Assembly (NCBI GenBank): GCA_001792345.1
Contig: MGGJ01000004.1
Coordinates: 74,090-138,089 of the forward strand
DNA: 64,000 bases
Source of the DNA: Candidatus Woesebacteria bacterium RIFCSPHIGHO2_01_FULL_39_32
Lineage (GTDB): Bacteria; Patescibacteriota; Microgenomatia; UBA8517
Reading direction: 5' to 3'
The notes below the pieces were generated by a model. That model had not been told where the DNA came from and did no database searches. It was given only the letters and a program-made list of their open reading frames with translations. The first letter of the stretch is position 1, and the number at the start of each line of letters is the position of its first letter. Both the position numbers and the translations under genes were made by a program. Below are positions 1-9,663 of this stretch, piece by piece.

Positions 1-778
1 CGGCAGCATCTCTGATCCGCTGAAGTGCCTGTTTATCTTTTTTGAGGTCAACCGCATTATCTTTCTTGAACTCTTCGGCAATATAATCAACTACTACCGC
101 GTCAAAATCATCCCCTCCCAGGTGCGTATCTCCGTTCGTGGCTTTGACTTCAAAAACCCCATCGCCGAGTTCCAAAATTGAGATATCGAAAGTTCCTCCA
201 CCAAGGTCATAAACCGCAATTTTCTCGGCTTTCTTCTTCTCAAGTCCGTACGACAATGATGCGGCAGTCGGCTCATTAATTATTCTTTCAACTTTAAAGC
301 CCGCAATTTCACCAGCCTGTTTTGTTGCCTGACGCTGGGCATCATCAAAATATGCCGGAACAGTAATGACAGCTTTATCTACCGACTCACCTAAATAGGC
401 TTCTGCGTCTTTTTTCAGCTTCATCAAAATCCGAGCCGAAATTTCTTGAGGAGTATATTCCTTACCCTCGACAACAACGACTGCCATTCCGTCTTTTCCT
501 GCTTTAACTTCGTACGGAACCATATCGATTGTTCTTTTAACTTCAGGGTCTTCGAACCTTCGACCCATAAGACGCTTAATAGAATAAATCGTGTTGTCCG
601 GATTAAGAATCATCTGACGTTTGGCAACGTCCCCCACAAGGTTTTTTACTGGTTCGACAACAGAAGGGGTAATGTTTCTGCCAGTATCAGCGGCCGGAAT
701 CACCTTTGGGTGACCGGCTTCCATGACCGATACAACTGAATTTGTTGTTCCTAAATCAATTCCAACAATTTTTGACAT
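1..778 (-). CDS. dnaK: Chaperone DnaK (Hsp70), 5' part, runs off the window edge
   Basis: Manual translation from ATG 778: [14 protein letters not shown] ... TVPAYF ... [10 protein letters not shown] ... [10 protein letters not shown]. Absent from the ORF track because it has no stop in the window. Confidence 0.97.
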   Translation of the reverse strand, partial: MSKIVGIDLGTTNSVVSVMEAGHPKVIPAADTGRNITPSVVEPVKNLVGDVAKRQMILNPDNTIYSIKRLMGRRFEDPEVKRTIDMVPYEVKAGKDGMAVVVVEGKEYTPQEISARILMKLKKDAEAYLGESVDKAVITVPAYFDDAQRQATKQAGEIAGFKVERIINEPTAASLSYGLEKKKAEKIAVYDLGGGTFDISILELGDGVFEVKATNGDTHLGGDDFDAVVVDYIAEEFKKDNAVDLKKDKQALQRIRDAA

Positions 779-793
779 ACTTAAGCTTTCTAA

Positions 794-1270
794 TTACTCC
801 TTTTTGTCTCCGTTAGCTGGCGGATTTCCTCCATAGACTTTTACTTTTACTGCTCTCACTATCGGCCCGTCTTTAACCATCCACCCATCTTGCAGAACTT
901 CAGCTATCTTTCCCTTTTTATCCTTTTCGCTAGTTTTCTCGATTTCGAGAACCTCATGAATATAGGCATCAAAAATGTCACCTACACTCGTGTTAATTTT
1001 TACAATACCTTCTTCTTCCAATACCTTATTAAGCTGCCCTATCACTTGCCCCAATCCTTCATCCTTAAGGTGCTCTTGCGCTCTAGCGAGCATATCTAAG
1101 ATAGGTAAAAGTTTCTCAAATAATACTACGCTTCCCGCCTTTATAATTTCTTCCTTCTCCCTTTCAACCCTTTTCCTTAGATTATCATAATCCGCCAGTG
1201 CCCTTGCAAGCTGAATTTTCAACTCTACTACTTCTACTTCTGTGGCACCTTGAGACTTTCCTCTCTTCAT
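794..1270 (-). CDS. grpE: Nucleotide exchange factor GrpE
   Basis: RALADYDNLRKR, FD...HE, GW...VRAVKVKV motifs; lies between hrcA and dnaK. Confidence 0.95.
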   Translation of the reverse strand: MKRGKSQGATEVEVVELKIQLARALADYDNLRKRVEREKEEIIKAGSVVLFEKLLPILDMLARAQEHLKDEGLGQVIGQLNKVLEEEGIVKINTSVGDIFDAYIHEVLEIEKTSEKDKKGKIAEVLQDGWMVKDGPIVRAVKVKVYGGNPPANGDKKE

Positions 1271-2001
1271 CTTGCTCCAACCTCCTCTATGAGGTCTCTA
1301 AAATACCTTATAACTGGGATAACTCGAGAGTAGGCAAGTCTCGTAGGACCAATAACTCCTATTGCCCCGTGTCTACCTTGTAATTCAAAATGACTTCCTA
1401 CAACGCCAATTGGAAGAAACCCCGGCCAACCAAGCTCTTCACCAAAAATCACTTCGACAGGAGAGCCCCCTGTCATTCTGGTAAAGAAAAGCTCGTGCAT
1501 TCTTTGAACCTCCTCGATAAACGAGAAAAGCTGGCTAGTTGCAGTTGGATCAGTAAATTCCGGATGGTGGAATATGTGTGAATATCCTGCATGCCACAAC
1601 TTGTCCTCATTATCTATGGTGGCTACTGCTAGCGACTGCGTCGCATGGGAAAGTGAGTGTGTTGCCTCATCAAGTATTTCGTCATAATCATTCTTGGCAT
1701 CCATTACATCTTCTTTGGCCTTCACCTCATCGGCCAAGCTCATTTGTTTTTCTTCCATAAGCTGGTCTATGTAAAATTTCATTGCCTTTGGAGTTGGAAC
1801 ACGACCGGCTGAAGTATGGGGTTGGCGCAAATATCCCATTGTGGTTAGCGCCATCATCTCGTTTCTGATGGTTGCAGGAGATACACCCAGGCTATATTTC
1901 TTCTCTAATGATTCCGAACCGATGGGTTCAGCCGCCTCAATATATTCATCAATAAGGGCTTTTAAAATATGTGTTTGTCGTGAGGATATTGCGTCAGACA
2001 T
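1267..2001 (-). CDS. hrcA: Heat-inducible transcription repressor HrcA (short form)
   Basis: SPATIRNEM, QPHTSAGRVPT and GVIGPTR motifs; CIRCE upstream. Confidence 0.95.
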   Translation of the reverse strand: MSDAISSRQTHILKALIDEYIEAAEPIGSESLEKKYSLGVSPATIRNEMMALTTMGYLRQPHTSAGRVPTPKAMKFYIDQLMEEKQMSLADEVKAKEDVMDAKNDYDEILDEATHSLSHATQSLAVATIDNEDKLWHAGYSHIFHHPEFTDPTATSQLFSFIEEVQRMHELFFTRMTGGSPVEVIFGEELGWPGFLPIGVVGSHFELQGRHGAIGVIGPTRLAYSRVIPVIRYFRDLIEEVGAR

Positions 2002-2033
2002 AAATTAAAAATTATAGAAATTTTGAAAAAGGA

Positions 2034-2070
2034 TTAGCAGAAGAGTACCATGAGTGCTAATTCATGTCAA
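2034..2070 (-). promoter_or_regulatory. CIRCE operator overlapping the sigma70 promoter of hrcA-grpE-dnaK
   Basis: Minus strand TTAGCACTC-N9-TTCTGCTAA (2060-2034). TTGACA (2070-2065), 17-bp spacer, TGnTACTCT (-10 at 2047-2042). Confidence 0.85.
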
Positions 2071-2120
2071 GTGCTTCGACTCGCTCGGCACTTGACCCTG
2101 AGATCATCGAATGGGTCAAG
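2071..2120. repeat. REP-like palindromic element pair
   Basis: GTGCTTCGACTCGCTCGGCAC followed by the hairpin CTTGACCC-N14-GGGTCAAG; related motif at 58885. Confidence 0.5.
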
Positions 2121-2124
2121 CCCC

Positions 2125-3852
2125 CTATAAACCTGGAGTGTCTGACGTGGGCGGGGCTACCTGTTCTTCCTCCTTTTTGGGAATTGGAGCTACCTGTCTT
2201 CGTATAAAAACTCTTTTTATCTGATTAAAAAATACCCAAACTTCCTGAGAACCGAAAGCAATAGATAATCCGATATATAAAACTGCTCCAGTTAGAAGAA
2301 CAAACATTGTCAAGATCAGAAGGTTTGCTGTATAGCGAGTGTCTAATACAAATCTTTGAAAAGGAATATATTTATCTGCATCGATTCTACCCAAAAAAGA
2401 AAGTTCTTTCACCCAAACACTCCTATCGAAAAACTTAAGCATGAAGTACATAAAAGTTCCTGAAAAGGCAGATGCAAAGGTCGACTTTGCAAATGGTTTC
2501 AAGAGCTTTAACGAAAATGAACCAAATTGTTTATTGATGAGATAAAAAAGAAAAAACGATTGCACAAATACTCCAATAGTCAAAGCTGCCGCAAGACCCC
2601 ATACTTCAAAATGAAAAACTCTGATGAAAAGGTAATCCAGAATTAAGGTAAGAATAATAGCGCCAACTGAAATAACTACAGGTGTTTTTGTATTATGAAG
2701 TGCGTAAAAACCCCGCGCCATTATGGCATTAGCAGATTGGAACACTATTCCTACTCCGAAGGCCGAAAGTACATAGCCTGTTTGAACTGTTGCTTCCCAA
2801 CCGAAAATATCGGTACCATAGACAAGTCGGACAATCGGAACCCTAAGAACAATAAGTGCTGCGGAAACAGGAAGAACTAAAAACACTACTTGATACAAAG
2901 CATCCAGTAGTGTTTTCTTGAATTTCCGAAGATCATCGGATTGCCGGGCTAAAGTAGGTAGCGCCGCTTTTGCAATTGAAGTTCCGAAAAGGCCTATAGG
3001 CAAAAGTTGTAGAGTATTCCCGAATGTATAATACGTATACGCCGGAACAGATATTAGCGATGCAAAAAATAGCTCAGCCGATTTGGAAATCTGCAAAAAA
3101 GAAGTTTCAATAAGTCTCGGAAAAGCCAATCTTCCTATTTTTCTAACATCTTCATTTACTTCTATTTTTGGCTTAAATCTAAACCCAAACGCATAAGCAA
3201 AAGGGAGTTGAACAATAAAATGCGAAAATGCCCCCACTACTACTCCGATAACCGGAGCAAGAAGCCCGAACTTTGGTGCGAGGAAAAGTGTCCCTAGAAT
3301 TATTCCTAGATTATAAAAAAGCGGTGCCAGCGCAGGAATCAGAAACCGCCGTAATGATTCAAGAACTCCAGTTAAAACATAGCTGACAACAAAAAATCCT
3401 TGTGCCGCAAAAAGAATTCGGGCTAAGTAGGCAATCTGTTGCTGATCGGCTAAGTTGTATCCGGGGGCAAGTAATCCATAAAGTTTATCTGCTGAAATAC
3501 TTAAAACGAGTGCGACAGATATAAAGATTACTAAACCAAGGTTTACTACAGTTGAGGCAATTTCCCACGCGTGACTATTGCCTTTTTTCAAGCTCTTTGT
3601 AAAAACGGGAATGAAGGCGGAGGAAAAAGTTCCGAAAACTAAAATCTCAAATAACAGGTCGGGTAAACGAAACGCGGCAAAAAACAAAGAAAGCTCACTA
3701 GGGGTAAAAAAGTGGGCAAGCACACGCTGTCTTACCAAACCCAAAACCCTCGAGGCAACTATCATAATCATTATTATCGTCGCCGCTGATAGTACACTTT
3801 CCTGAGGATTGGTTAAAAATCGTTTACCCTTTTGAATAATCTTATTAACCAT
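2125..3852 (-). CDS. murJ: Lipid II flippase MurJ/MviN
   Basis: SRVLGLVR, AAFRLPD, SSAFIPVF, LPIGLFG, RGFYA..NTKTP motifs; many TM helices. Confidence 0.93.
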   Translation of the reverse strand: MVNKIIQKGKRFLTNPQESVLSAATIIMIMIVASRVLGLVRQRVLAHFFTPSELSLFFAAFRLPDLLFEILVFGTFSSAFIPVFTKSLKKGNSHAWEIASTVVNLGLVIFISVALVLSISADKLYGLLAPGYNLADQQQIAYLARILFAAQGFFVVSYVLTGVLESLRRFLIPALAPLFYNLGIILGTLFLAPKFGLLAPVIGVVVGAFSHFIVQLPFAYAFGFRFKPKIEVNEDVRKIGRLAFPRLIETSFLQISKSAELFFASLISVPAYTYYTFGNTLQLLPIGLFGTSIAKAALPTLARQSDDLRKFKKTLLDALYQVVFLVLPVSAALIVLRVPIVRLVYGTDIFGWEATVQTGYVLSAFGVGIVFQSANAIMARGFYALHNTKTPVVISVGAIILTLILDYLFIRVFHFEVWGLAAALTIGVFVQSFFLFYLINKQFGSFSLKLLKPFAKSTFASAFSGTFMYFMLKFFDRSVWVKELSFLGRIDADKYIPFQRFVLDTRYTANLLILTMFVLLTGAVLYIGLSIAFGSQEVWVFFNQIKRVFIRRQVAPIPKKEEEQVAPPTSDTPGL

Positions 3853-3973
3853 ATCTGATTGATATTTCGAACTTGTTAGATTATACTCGCGACAGAGAAT
3901 AGTAATAAAGAACTAAAGAGAATAGTGTATTATACTTTCCTCTAAATTACTTTAGTTTTTTATTCTTAATAAA

Positions 3974-4267
3974 ATGCCTGTAACAAAAACCGCAAAAAGA
4001 GCCCTAAGAAGCTCGAAAAGGAAGGAAGTTGTAAATAAAAGGGTATCGGGGGAACTTGGTGCAAGTATTAGAATTGCAAAGAAAAGTAAACGGGAGGAAG
4101 ATATAAAGAAAGCAATTTCCTTTGCCGATAGGGCTGCAAAGACACACATTGTTCATAAAAATAAAGCTGCTCGTATAAAAAGTGCACTTTCTAAACTCCT
4201 TCTCAAAAAAGCTGCAAAAACAACAAAGATCGTAAAGAAAACCAAAAAAGCCTCAAAGAAAAACTAA
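3974..4267 (+). CDS. rpsT: 30S ribosomal protein S20
   Basis: MPVTKTAKRALR ... DRAAK..IVHKNKAARIKS. Confidence 0.95.
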   Translation: MPVTKTAKRALRSSKRKEVVNKRVSGELGASIRIAKKSKREEDIKKAISFADRAAKTHIVHKNKAARIKSALSKLLLKKAAKTTKIVKKTKKASKKN

Positions 4268-4310
4268 CTTTCATTCAACTTCTTTATTGTGATATATTGA
4301 GAGTGAAACT

Positions 4311-4377
4311 AGAACATAGTACAAAGGGCAAAGTACAAAGGAAATTTCTTTGTTGTTAGTTCTTTGAACTTTGTTCT
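4311..4377. repeat. Imperfect inverted array of heptamer-like units (long hairpin)
   Basis: AGAACATAGTACAAAGGGCAAAGTACAAAG ... TCTTTGAACTTTGTTCT. Confidence 0.55.
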
Positions 4378-4390
4378 GCGCGAAGCGCCT

Positions 4391-5002
4391 ATGGCTGCCC
4401 AAAACAAAACCGAAATTAACCTTCTTCCCCAGAAAGGGTTTGAGGCAACAACTACGGGAAGAATTTTGGCTTGGATACTTTCAACGTTTAGAGTGATAGT
4501 AATCGTGACGGAAATTATCGTTATGATTGCTTTTCTTTCTCGATTCTGGCTAGATGCCCAAAACTCAGATCTAGATGAAAAATTAGATGAAAAAAAAGCA
4601 CTACTGTCTACCTCGCTTACTTTTGAGAACCAATTCAGAGACACACAGAAACGGCTTTCTGTTTTCTCCCAAATTACATCACAAGAAAGTGTATTGAGTA
4701 GTTCTCTCAAGGATATCGCTTCACATTTACCCGACGATCTTTTTCTATCTTCGGTTACATTTAATAAAAATTCTTATACCATAGAAGGTATTACTCCGAA
4801 CGAACGAAGCATCCAACAACTCATTGTCAATCTGGGTTCCAGTGGGATTTTTCAAAGCGTTGGTCTTAATGAAATCAGTTCTGATGTACGAAGTCCCGAT
4901 TTATTAAATTTCAAGCTAATCGCAAATTTCAAACAAACCGAACCAGAAGATAATTCGGCAACACTTGAAGGGGAGGAGGTACCAGAAGAGGTATCCGAGT
5001 AA
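4391..5002 (+). CDS. PilN-like type IV pilus alignment protein
   Basis: N-terminal INLLP motif, single TM, coiled coil, LP..L.L.S...IEG domain. Start placed at ATG 4391. Confidence 0.75.
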   Translation: MAAQNKTEINLLPQKGFEATTTGRILAWILSTFRVIVIVTEIIVMIAFLSRFWLDAQNSDLDEKLDEKKALLSTSLTFENQFRDTQKRLSVFSQITSQESVLSSSLKDIASHLPDDLFLSSVTFNKNSYTIEGITPNERSIQQLIVNLGSSGIFQSVGLNEISSDVRSPDLLNFKLIANFKQTEPEDNSATLEGEEVPEEVSE

Positions 5003-5007
5003 AATTT

Positions 5008-5697
5008 ATGTATCCTGGTTGGAGAAATAACTATCTAAGATATAAAACTTACTTTTTAAACGTATTGGGCAGATACAGGGAAAGGGCAGACGTGCGGGTT
5101 TATCTGGAAATACTGCTTTCTCTTACCGCAATCTCAATTTTTTCCGTCTTTGCCCTTCGACCAACTTTGCTAACCATAGCCGAGTTAATCAAAGAAATAG
5201 AATCCAAAAAACTTACTCTTACCCAAATGGAAGAAAAAATAAATAACTTATCCCAGGCCCAAACATTATTTGATAGGGAAAGAGGAAAAATAGTACTTTT
5301 GGACACCTCCATACCCCAAAAAATCGATCCTGTTATTTTTGCCCGGCAGATGGAAGGTCTATCTTCAAAACATCAATCCCAAATTCTTGAAGTCTTAACG
5401 GGCTCAACTCCAATTTCAGGAGAAGTGGTAATCGGAAGCTCAACCGACTCATCCAGTAGCTCGCGAGATGTTGAAGCACTACCAGAAGGTACGCTAACCT
5501 TCAAATATTCAATTCAATTAGTGTCTGCTTTAGATCAATTTACAGCACTTTCCAACTTCCTTTCTGATCTTGAACAACTTCGGCTACCTTCCAAATTAGA
5601 TTCTCTAAGCCTAAGTACAACCGAAATAGATCAAGAAAAATTTTTGTTAATGAGAATAGAAGGAAGATTGCCATATTATTCGAAAGGAGTGGAGTGA
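5008..5697 (+). CDS. PilO-like protein
   Basis: Single TM plus coiled coil, FLSDLEQLRLP motif, follows the PilN-like gene. Confidence 0.6.
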   Translation: MYPGWRNNYLRYKTYFLNVLGRYRERADVRVYLEILLSLTAISIFSVFALRPTLLTIAELIKEIESKKLTLTQMEEKINNLSQAQTLFDRERGKIVLLDTSIPQKIDPVIFARQMEGLSSKHQSQILEVLTGSTPISGEVVIGSSTDSSSSSRDVEALPEGTLTFKYSIQLVSALDQFTALSNFLSDLEQLRLPSKLDSLSLSTTEIDQEKFLLMRIEGRLPYYSKGVE

Positions 5698-5698
5698 A

Positions 5699-6016
5699 AT
5701 GAAAAAACCAAAAGCCCCAAGATTAGTAACTGTAGCCATATTTACAACTATTACCATTATCTTCTGGGTATTTTTCAGTCTTTATGGTATATTTACCTCA
5801 AAAGCTCCCGTTGAAGTTGATCCCAAACTTCTGGAACCTCTCGATCCGTCTTTAGACATTAACGCGCTAACACAACTTGAAGGAAGAGTGTTTTTCGAAG
5901 AAGGTGACTTTGCTTCACCAACTTTAATCATTCAACCTGTTGTTACACCACCACCCGAACAGCCCCCTTCCGAAACCGTAGCAACAGAATCGGCAGAAGA
6001 ATTACTATCAGAATAA
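5699..6016 (+). CDS. Small single-TM protein, pilus-locus associated
   Basis: Tightly coupled ORF with N-terminal TM. Confidence 0.6.
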   Translation: MKKPKAPRLVTVAIFTTITIIFWVFFSLYGIFTSKAPVEVDPKLLEPLDPSLDINALTQLEGRVFFEEGDFASPTLIIQPVVTPPPEQPPSETVATESAEELLSE

Positions 6017-6068
6017 AAATAAAAATTGTGAGTTGATTTAAAAATAAACACACTTTATTATTAATTAT

Positions 6069-7217
6069 ATGCCCGACCTTAGCCAAAATACTGATCCGAA
6101 AATTTCTGGTTCTTTTCCACCCGATCCTGGAGGTACTTCCTCCGATCAGGAGGAACCAACAACTTCTTATCCAAATCCCCTTGGTAATCCGGGTAACCCT
6201 GTACTTACACCCCCCCCTTCTTCGCCCCAAATTCTTACCGATACTGGCCAGACTGATTCATCTTCTCCGATTGTACAAACCACATCAGGTGGCTCTAATA
6301 ATCCACCCCCTCAACCAGACACAGTTGTCAACGCCCCACATGCACCCAAAAAATATGGAGGAAAAAAAGTAATTGCTACAATTTTTGGAGTGCTTCTTCT
6401 TATCGGAGGCGTGACAGTAGGAGTTCTCCTGGTACAACGCCAACAGCTACTTGAACAAGAAGCGTCGAGTGGAGATACACCCCCGTCGTGTCCATCAGAC
6501 ACCCAATTGCTGTTCTCCAATTCAGGAGATCTACATGTTGGAGATACAGTGGGATCGGGTGGATCAATAAGTTCTATGCAAGGCTCATGGAAGGTAGCCT
6601 CTCGGAATGGAGTGCTTATGGCGGAAAGTGGGGCAAAAATCACCGTAGATTTTCCAAATTCTACTCATCTTGATACTGCTTTAATTTATGATAATGATCC
6701 GAAATCAGGAGAACAGCCTTGGTCAATAAATGGTGTAAGCTTACCCGTAACGGACAATAATGAATGGGGTCCTCCCTTTAATTTGAATTTAACTGCAACT
6801 CAAATGGTCTTTAATAATGGCGGGGATAGTCCACATTTTAATATTTGTATTAAACCACCAACCATTACAGCTACACCAACAGCTACACCACCAAATACAC
6901 CGACGTTAACTCCTCCACCAGAAATTACAGCAGAGTGTAGCGCTGTTAAAGCATATGATAGTGAGTGGAATCTTCTTTCCTCAACTGATCTTGCAAATCT
7001 TAAGGCGGGAGATGTTGTAAGATTTACGGTATCAGGTACAGCTTCTAGTGGAACTTTCGATAAAGCTCGATTCACAATAAATGGTGTACTTCGAGCTGAA
7101 GTTACGACTAAAAAACCTGGGAGTAATGAATTTTACGATCAATATACTGTTCCAGTCGGGGTAACAACATTTAATGTTTCGGCTCAAATCCACCATACAG
7201 ATCTTGGGTGGTTTTAA
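6069..7217 (+). CDS. Pro/Thr-rich membrane-anchored surface protein
   Basis: Pro-rich N-terminus, one TM, Cys-bounded extracellular domain, TPT linker. Confidence 0.7.
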   Translation: MPDLSQNTDPKISGSFPPDPGGTSSDQEEPTTSYPNPLGNPGNPVLTPPPSSPQILTDTGQTDSSSPIVQTTSGGSNNPPPQPDTVVNAPHAPKKYGGKKVIATIFGVLLLIGGVTVGVLLVQRQQLLEQEASSGDTPPSCPSDTQLLFSNSGDLHVGDTVGSGGSISSMQGSWKVASRNGVLMAESGAKITVDFPNSTHLDTALIYDNDPKSGEQPWSINGVSLPVTDNNEWGPPFNLNLTATQMVFNNGGDSPHFNICIKPPTITATPTATPPNTPTLTPPPEITAECSAVKAYDSEWNLLSSTDLANLKAGDVVRFTVSGTASSGTFDKARFTINGVLRAEVTTKKPGSNEFYDQYTVPVGVTTFNVSAQIHHTDLGWF

Positions 7218-7223
7218 CAAAAT

Positions 7224-7970
7224 ATGAAAGATTTATTTAAAGGCAAAGTAGTAACAGCACTTGTAGTAATAGCCACTGTGATTTTGGCGGGGGTAGCCAT
7301 ATTTACTGCAGTGAGGCTTTACCAACTTAGACGTGAGCCTGTTGCACCTACTGCACCCGAAAGCGAACCTGCTGCATGGGATTGTAGTAAATACACTTTC
7401 TCTGTAAGCGGAACCGGAGTAGTTTCCGTAAACAATCAGTCGACAAGGAACGAACCCTCCCAACAAGCCAAGGTGTATATCAATGGAAATTTGGTTAATA
7501 CCTTCGATGTCCCTGCTCTACCAATGGGACAAAGTGCTACACTAGGCACAGTCCAGGTCCCTACTGGCTCTTTCAATTGGAGGGTAGTCGGAACTCAAGA
7601 TTGTCAAAGCTCAGGTACATCATCTGGCGGTCCTGTTGCCTGCGAAAGTCTCGCCTTCTCACTTACGGAAAATTCACCTACACCCACTATTACTGGTACA
7701 GTCACTCCCAGTCTAACACCCACATCAACACCAACAGGCACTCCTTCTCCCACCTTACCACCCGACGTAACAGCTACCCCTACTCCTACTAATCCTCCTG
7801 GTGCAACTTCTACTTCAACGCCCACGCCAACGCAAGGTGGTGGTATTGCGGCAGCTTCCCCCACACCGGGTGGAGCCGCTCTTCCTGACGCAGGAATTAG
7901 TACTCCAACACTGCTAGCTTTAACTGTTGGAATCTTAATGCTAATAGGTGCACTTCTACTTGCTTTGTAA
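7224..7970 (+). CDS. Pro/Thr-rich surface protein with LPxAG-like motif and C-terminal TM
   Basis: N-terminal TM, TPT repeats, LPDAG followed by a hydrophobic tail. Confidence 0.7.
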   Translation: MKDLFKGKVVTALVVIATVILAGVAIFTAVRLYQLRREPVAPTAPESEPAAWDCSKYTFSVSGTGVVSVNNQSTRNEPSQQAKVYINGNLVNTFDVPALPMGQSATLGTVQVPTGSFNWRVVGTQDCQSSGTSSGGPVACESLAFSLTENSPTPTITGTVTPSLTPTSTPTGTPSPTLPPDVTATPTPTNPPGATSTSTPTPTQGGGIAAASPTPGGAALPDAGISTPTLLALTVGILMLIGALLLAL

Positions 7971-8012
7971 TTTAAGTATTCACCAACTTATCTTAATTGA
8001 TATACTTTTAAG

Positions 8013-9662
8013 GTGGTTATGCGTGGAATGAAAGACTTAAGCAAAAAAATTAACTTTTGGGAGATCTTTTTTTTTGCAATTCTATTCATTTTTTCCTCCT
8101 TTCTTATGTGGAAAACCTTCAGAGTCAACTCCTCCGGCAACATGCAAGTTGCAACGAGAGTATGGAGTGATTTTGCCGCCACCATTCCCCTTATTCGTTC
8201 TTTTTCGTATGGATCAAACTTCCCTATTCAATACCCAATTTTTGCGGGACCCCCAATTCGCTACCACTTCGTATTTTTCGCTGTGGTTGGCTTTCTTGAA
8301 AAAATAGGATTAAGGATCGATTGGGCACTTAATGGCTTGAGTGTTCTTGGATTTTTTCTACTTTGCTTTGTAATCTATCTAGTCGGAAAAACAGTATTTA
8401 AAAGCCGAAGTGTAGGGATTCTTTCTGTCATACTTTTCCTTTTTAATGGATCTTTTGGTTTTCTAGAATTTTTCAAAAGACACCCTTTATCTCTAAACAC
8501 TTTTACGGACATAATTAAAAATACAGAGTTTTCATCTTTCGGGCCGTACGACGGAAAAATAGTTTCTGCTTTTTGGAGTCTTAACATATTTACAAATCAA
8601 AGACATCTATCCTTAGCCTACGCTTCATTTATTTTTTTGGTTTTGTCAATTTTCTATTTCTCAAAACATCCAAAAAAGTTTACTTGGACTTTAAGCTTAC
8701 TTTTAGGTATTTTTTTAGGATTATTCCCATTTATACACCTTGCTGTTTTTGCAATGATGGGAATTGCTATTTTTACCTTTTTTATTCTATATCCTAAGAT
8801 TCGAGTAAAGTTAATCGTGCTAGGTCTCATCGCCATTACCCTCGCGGTTCCTCAATACTTTTATATGGGCAAGTCGGCAAACCAAACAGAGCTTTTCAAT
8901 CCCGGGTATTTAATTGGGAATAAAACCCCATTTGGAATTTTGACCTATTGGATTATGAACTTAGGAATTGGCCTGTTATTAGCGCCTGTTGGTTTTATCT
9001 TTGCTAAAAGATCACAAAGAAAAGTTTTTTTGCCTTTCCTGATTTTATTCCTGGTTGGAAACCTTTTTCGTTTTTCTGCTGAGGTCGCCGCAAATCATAA
9101 ATTTTTTAATCTCTTCGTAATCGGCATGAATTTCTATGTTGCATTAACTCTCGTAAAAATTTGGAGAGTCAAAATATTCGGGAAAATAGCAGCCATACTT
9201 TTATTAATACCTCTTACTCTCACCGGCATCATAGACTTTTTTCCAATTGTCAACGATAGACATATTGAACTTCTCGACTATCCAAACGATCCGAAAGTTA
9301 GCTTTATAGTCGAAAATACGGATCCCGATTCTACTTTCTTAAATTCCCAATTTCTTTACCACCCCGCTTCGGTTGCCGGAAGAAAAATCTTTATGGGCTG
9401 GCCGTATTTTCCGTGGTCGGCGGGATACGACACTCACGAAAGAGGACAAAAATTGGATGCACTTTATAGTTCTAATAATAAAGTCTTCGTATGCAACTTA
9501 CTTCTTCAAAGCAACATTGACTATGTGACGGTCCAAGACACAAGTAACGATCGCGACTTCCCTGATATAAATATTGATTTTTTTGAACAAAATTTCAGGC
9601 TTATCTATAAGGATTCCGAAAGTGAATTTAGAATTTTCGATGTTTCTTCAAGTTGCCGATAG
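8013..9662 (+). CDS. Multi-TM GT-C-type glycosyltransferase-like protein
   Basis: Many TMs, WSD loop motif, C-terminal soluble domain (AGRKIFMG, NIDYV). Confidence 0.6.
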   Translation: MVMRGMKDLSKKINFWEIFFFAILFIFSSFLMWKTFRVNSSGNMQVATRVWSDFAATIPLIRSFSYGSNFPIQYPIFAGPPIRYHFVFFAVVGFLEKIGLRIDWALNGLSVLGFFLLCFVIYLVGKTVFKSRSVGILSVILFLFNGSFGFLEFFKRHPLSLNTFTDIIKNTEFSSFGPYDGKIVSAFWSLNIFTNQRHLSLAYASFIFLVLSIFYFSKHPKKFTWTLSLLLGIFLGLFPFIHLAVFAMMGIAIFTFFILYPKIRVKLIVLGLIAITLAVPQYFYMGKSANQTELFNPGYLIGNKTPFGILTYWIMNLGIGLLLAPVGFIFAKRSQRKVFLPFLILFLVGNLFRFSAEVAANHKFFNLFVIGMNFYVALTLVKIWRVKIFGKIAAILLLIPLTLTGIIDFFPIVNDRHIELLDYPNDPKVSFIVENTDPDSTFLNSQFLYHPASVAGRKIFMGWPYFPWSAGYDTHERGQKLDALYSSNNKVFVCNLLLQSNIDYVTVQDTSNDRDFPDINIDFFEQNFRLIYKDSESEFRIFDVSSSCR

Positions 9663-9663
9663 C

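Noticed and set aside
94-1760. Short ORFs overlapping dnaK, grpE and hrcA, and similar shadow ORFs throughout the track
   Set aside because: Antisense or off-frame shadows of well-supported genes.
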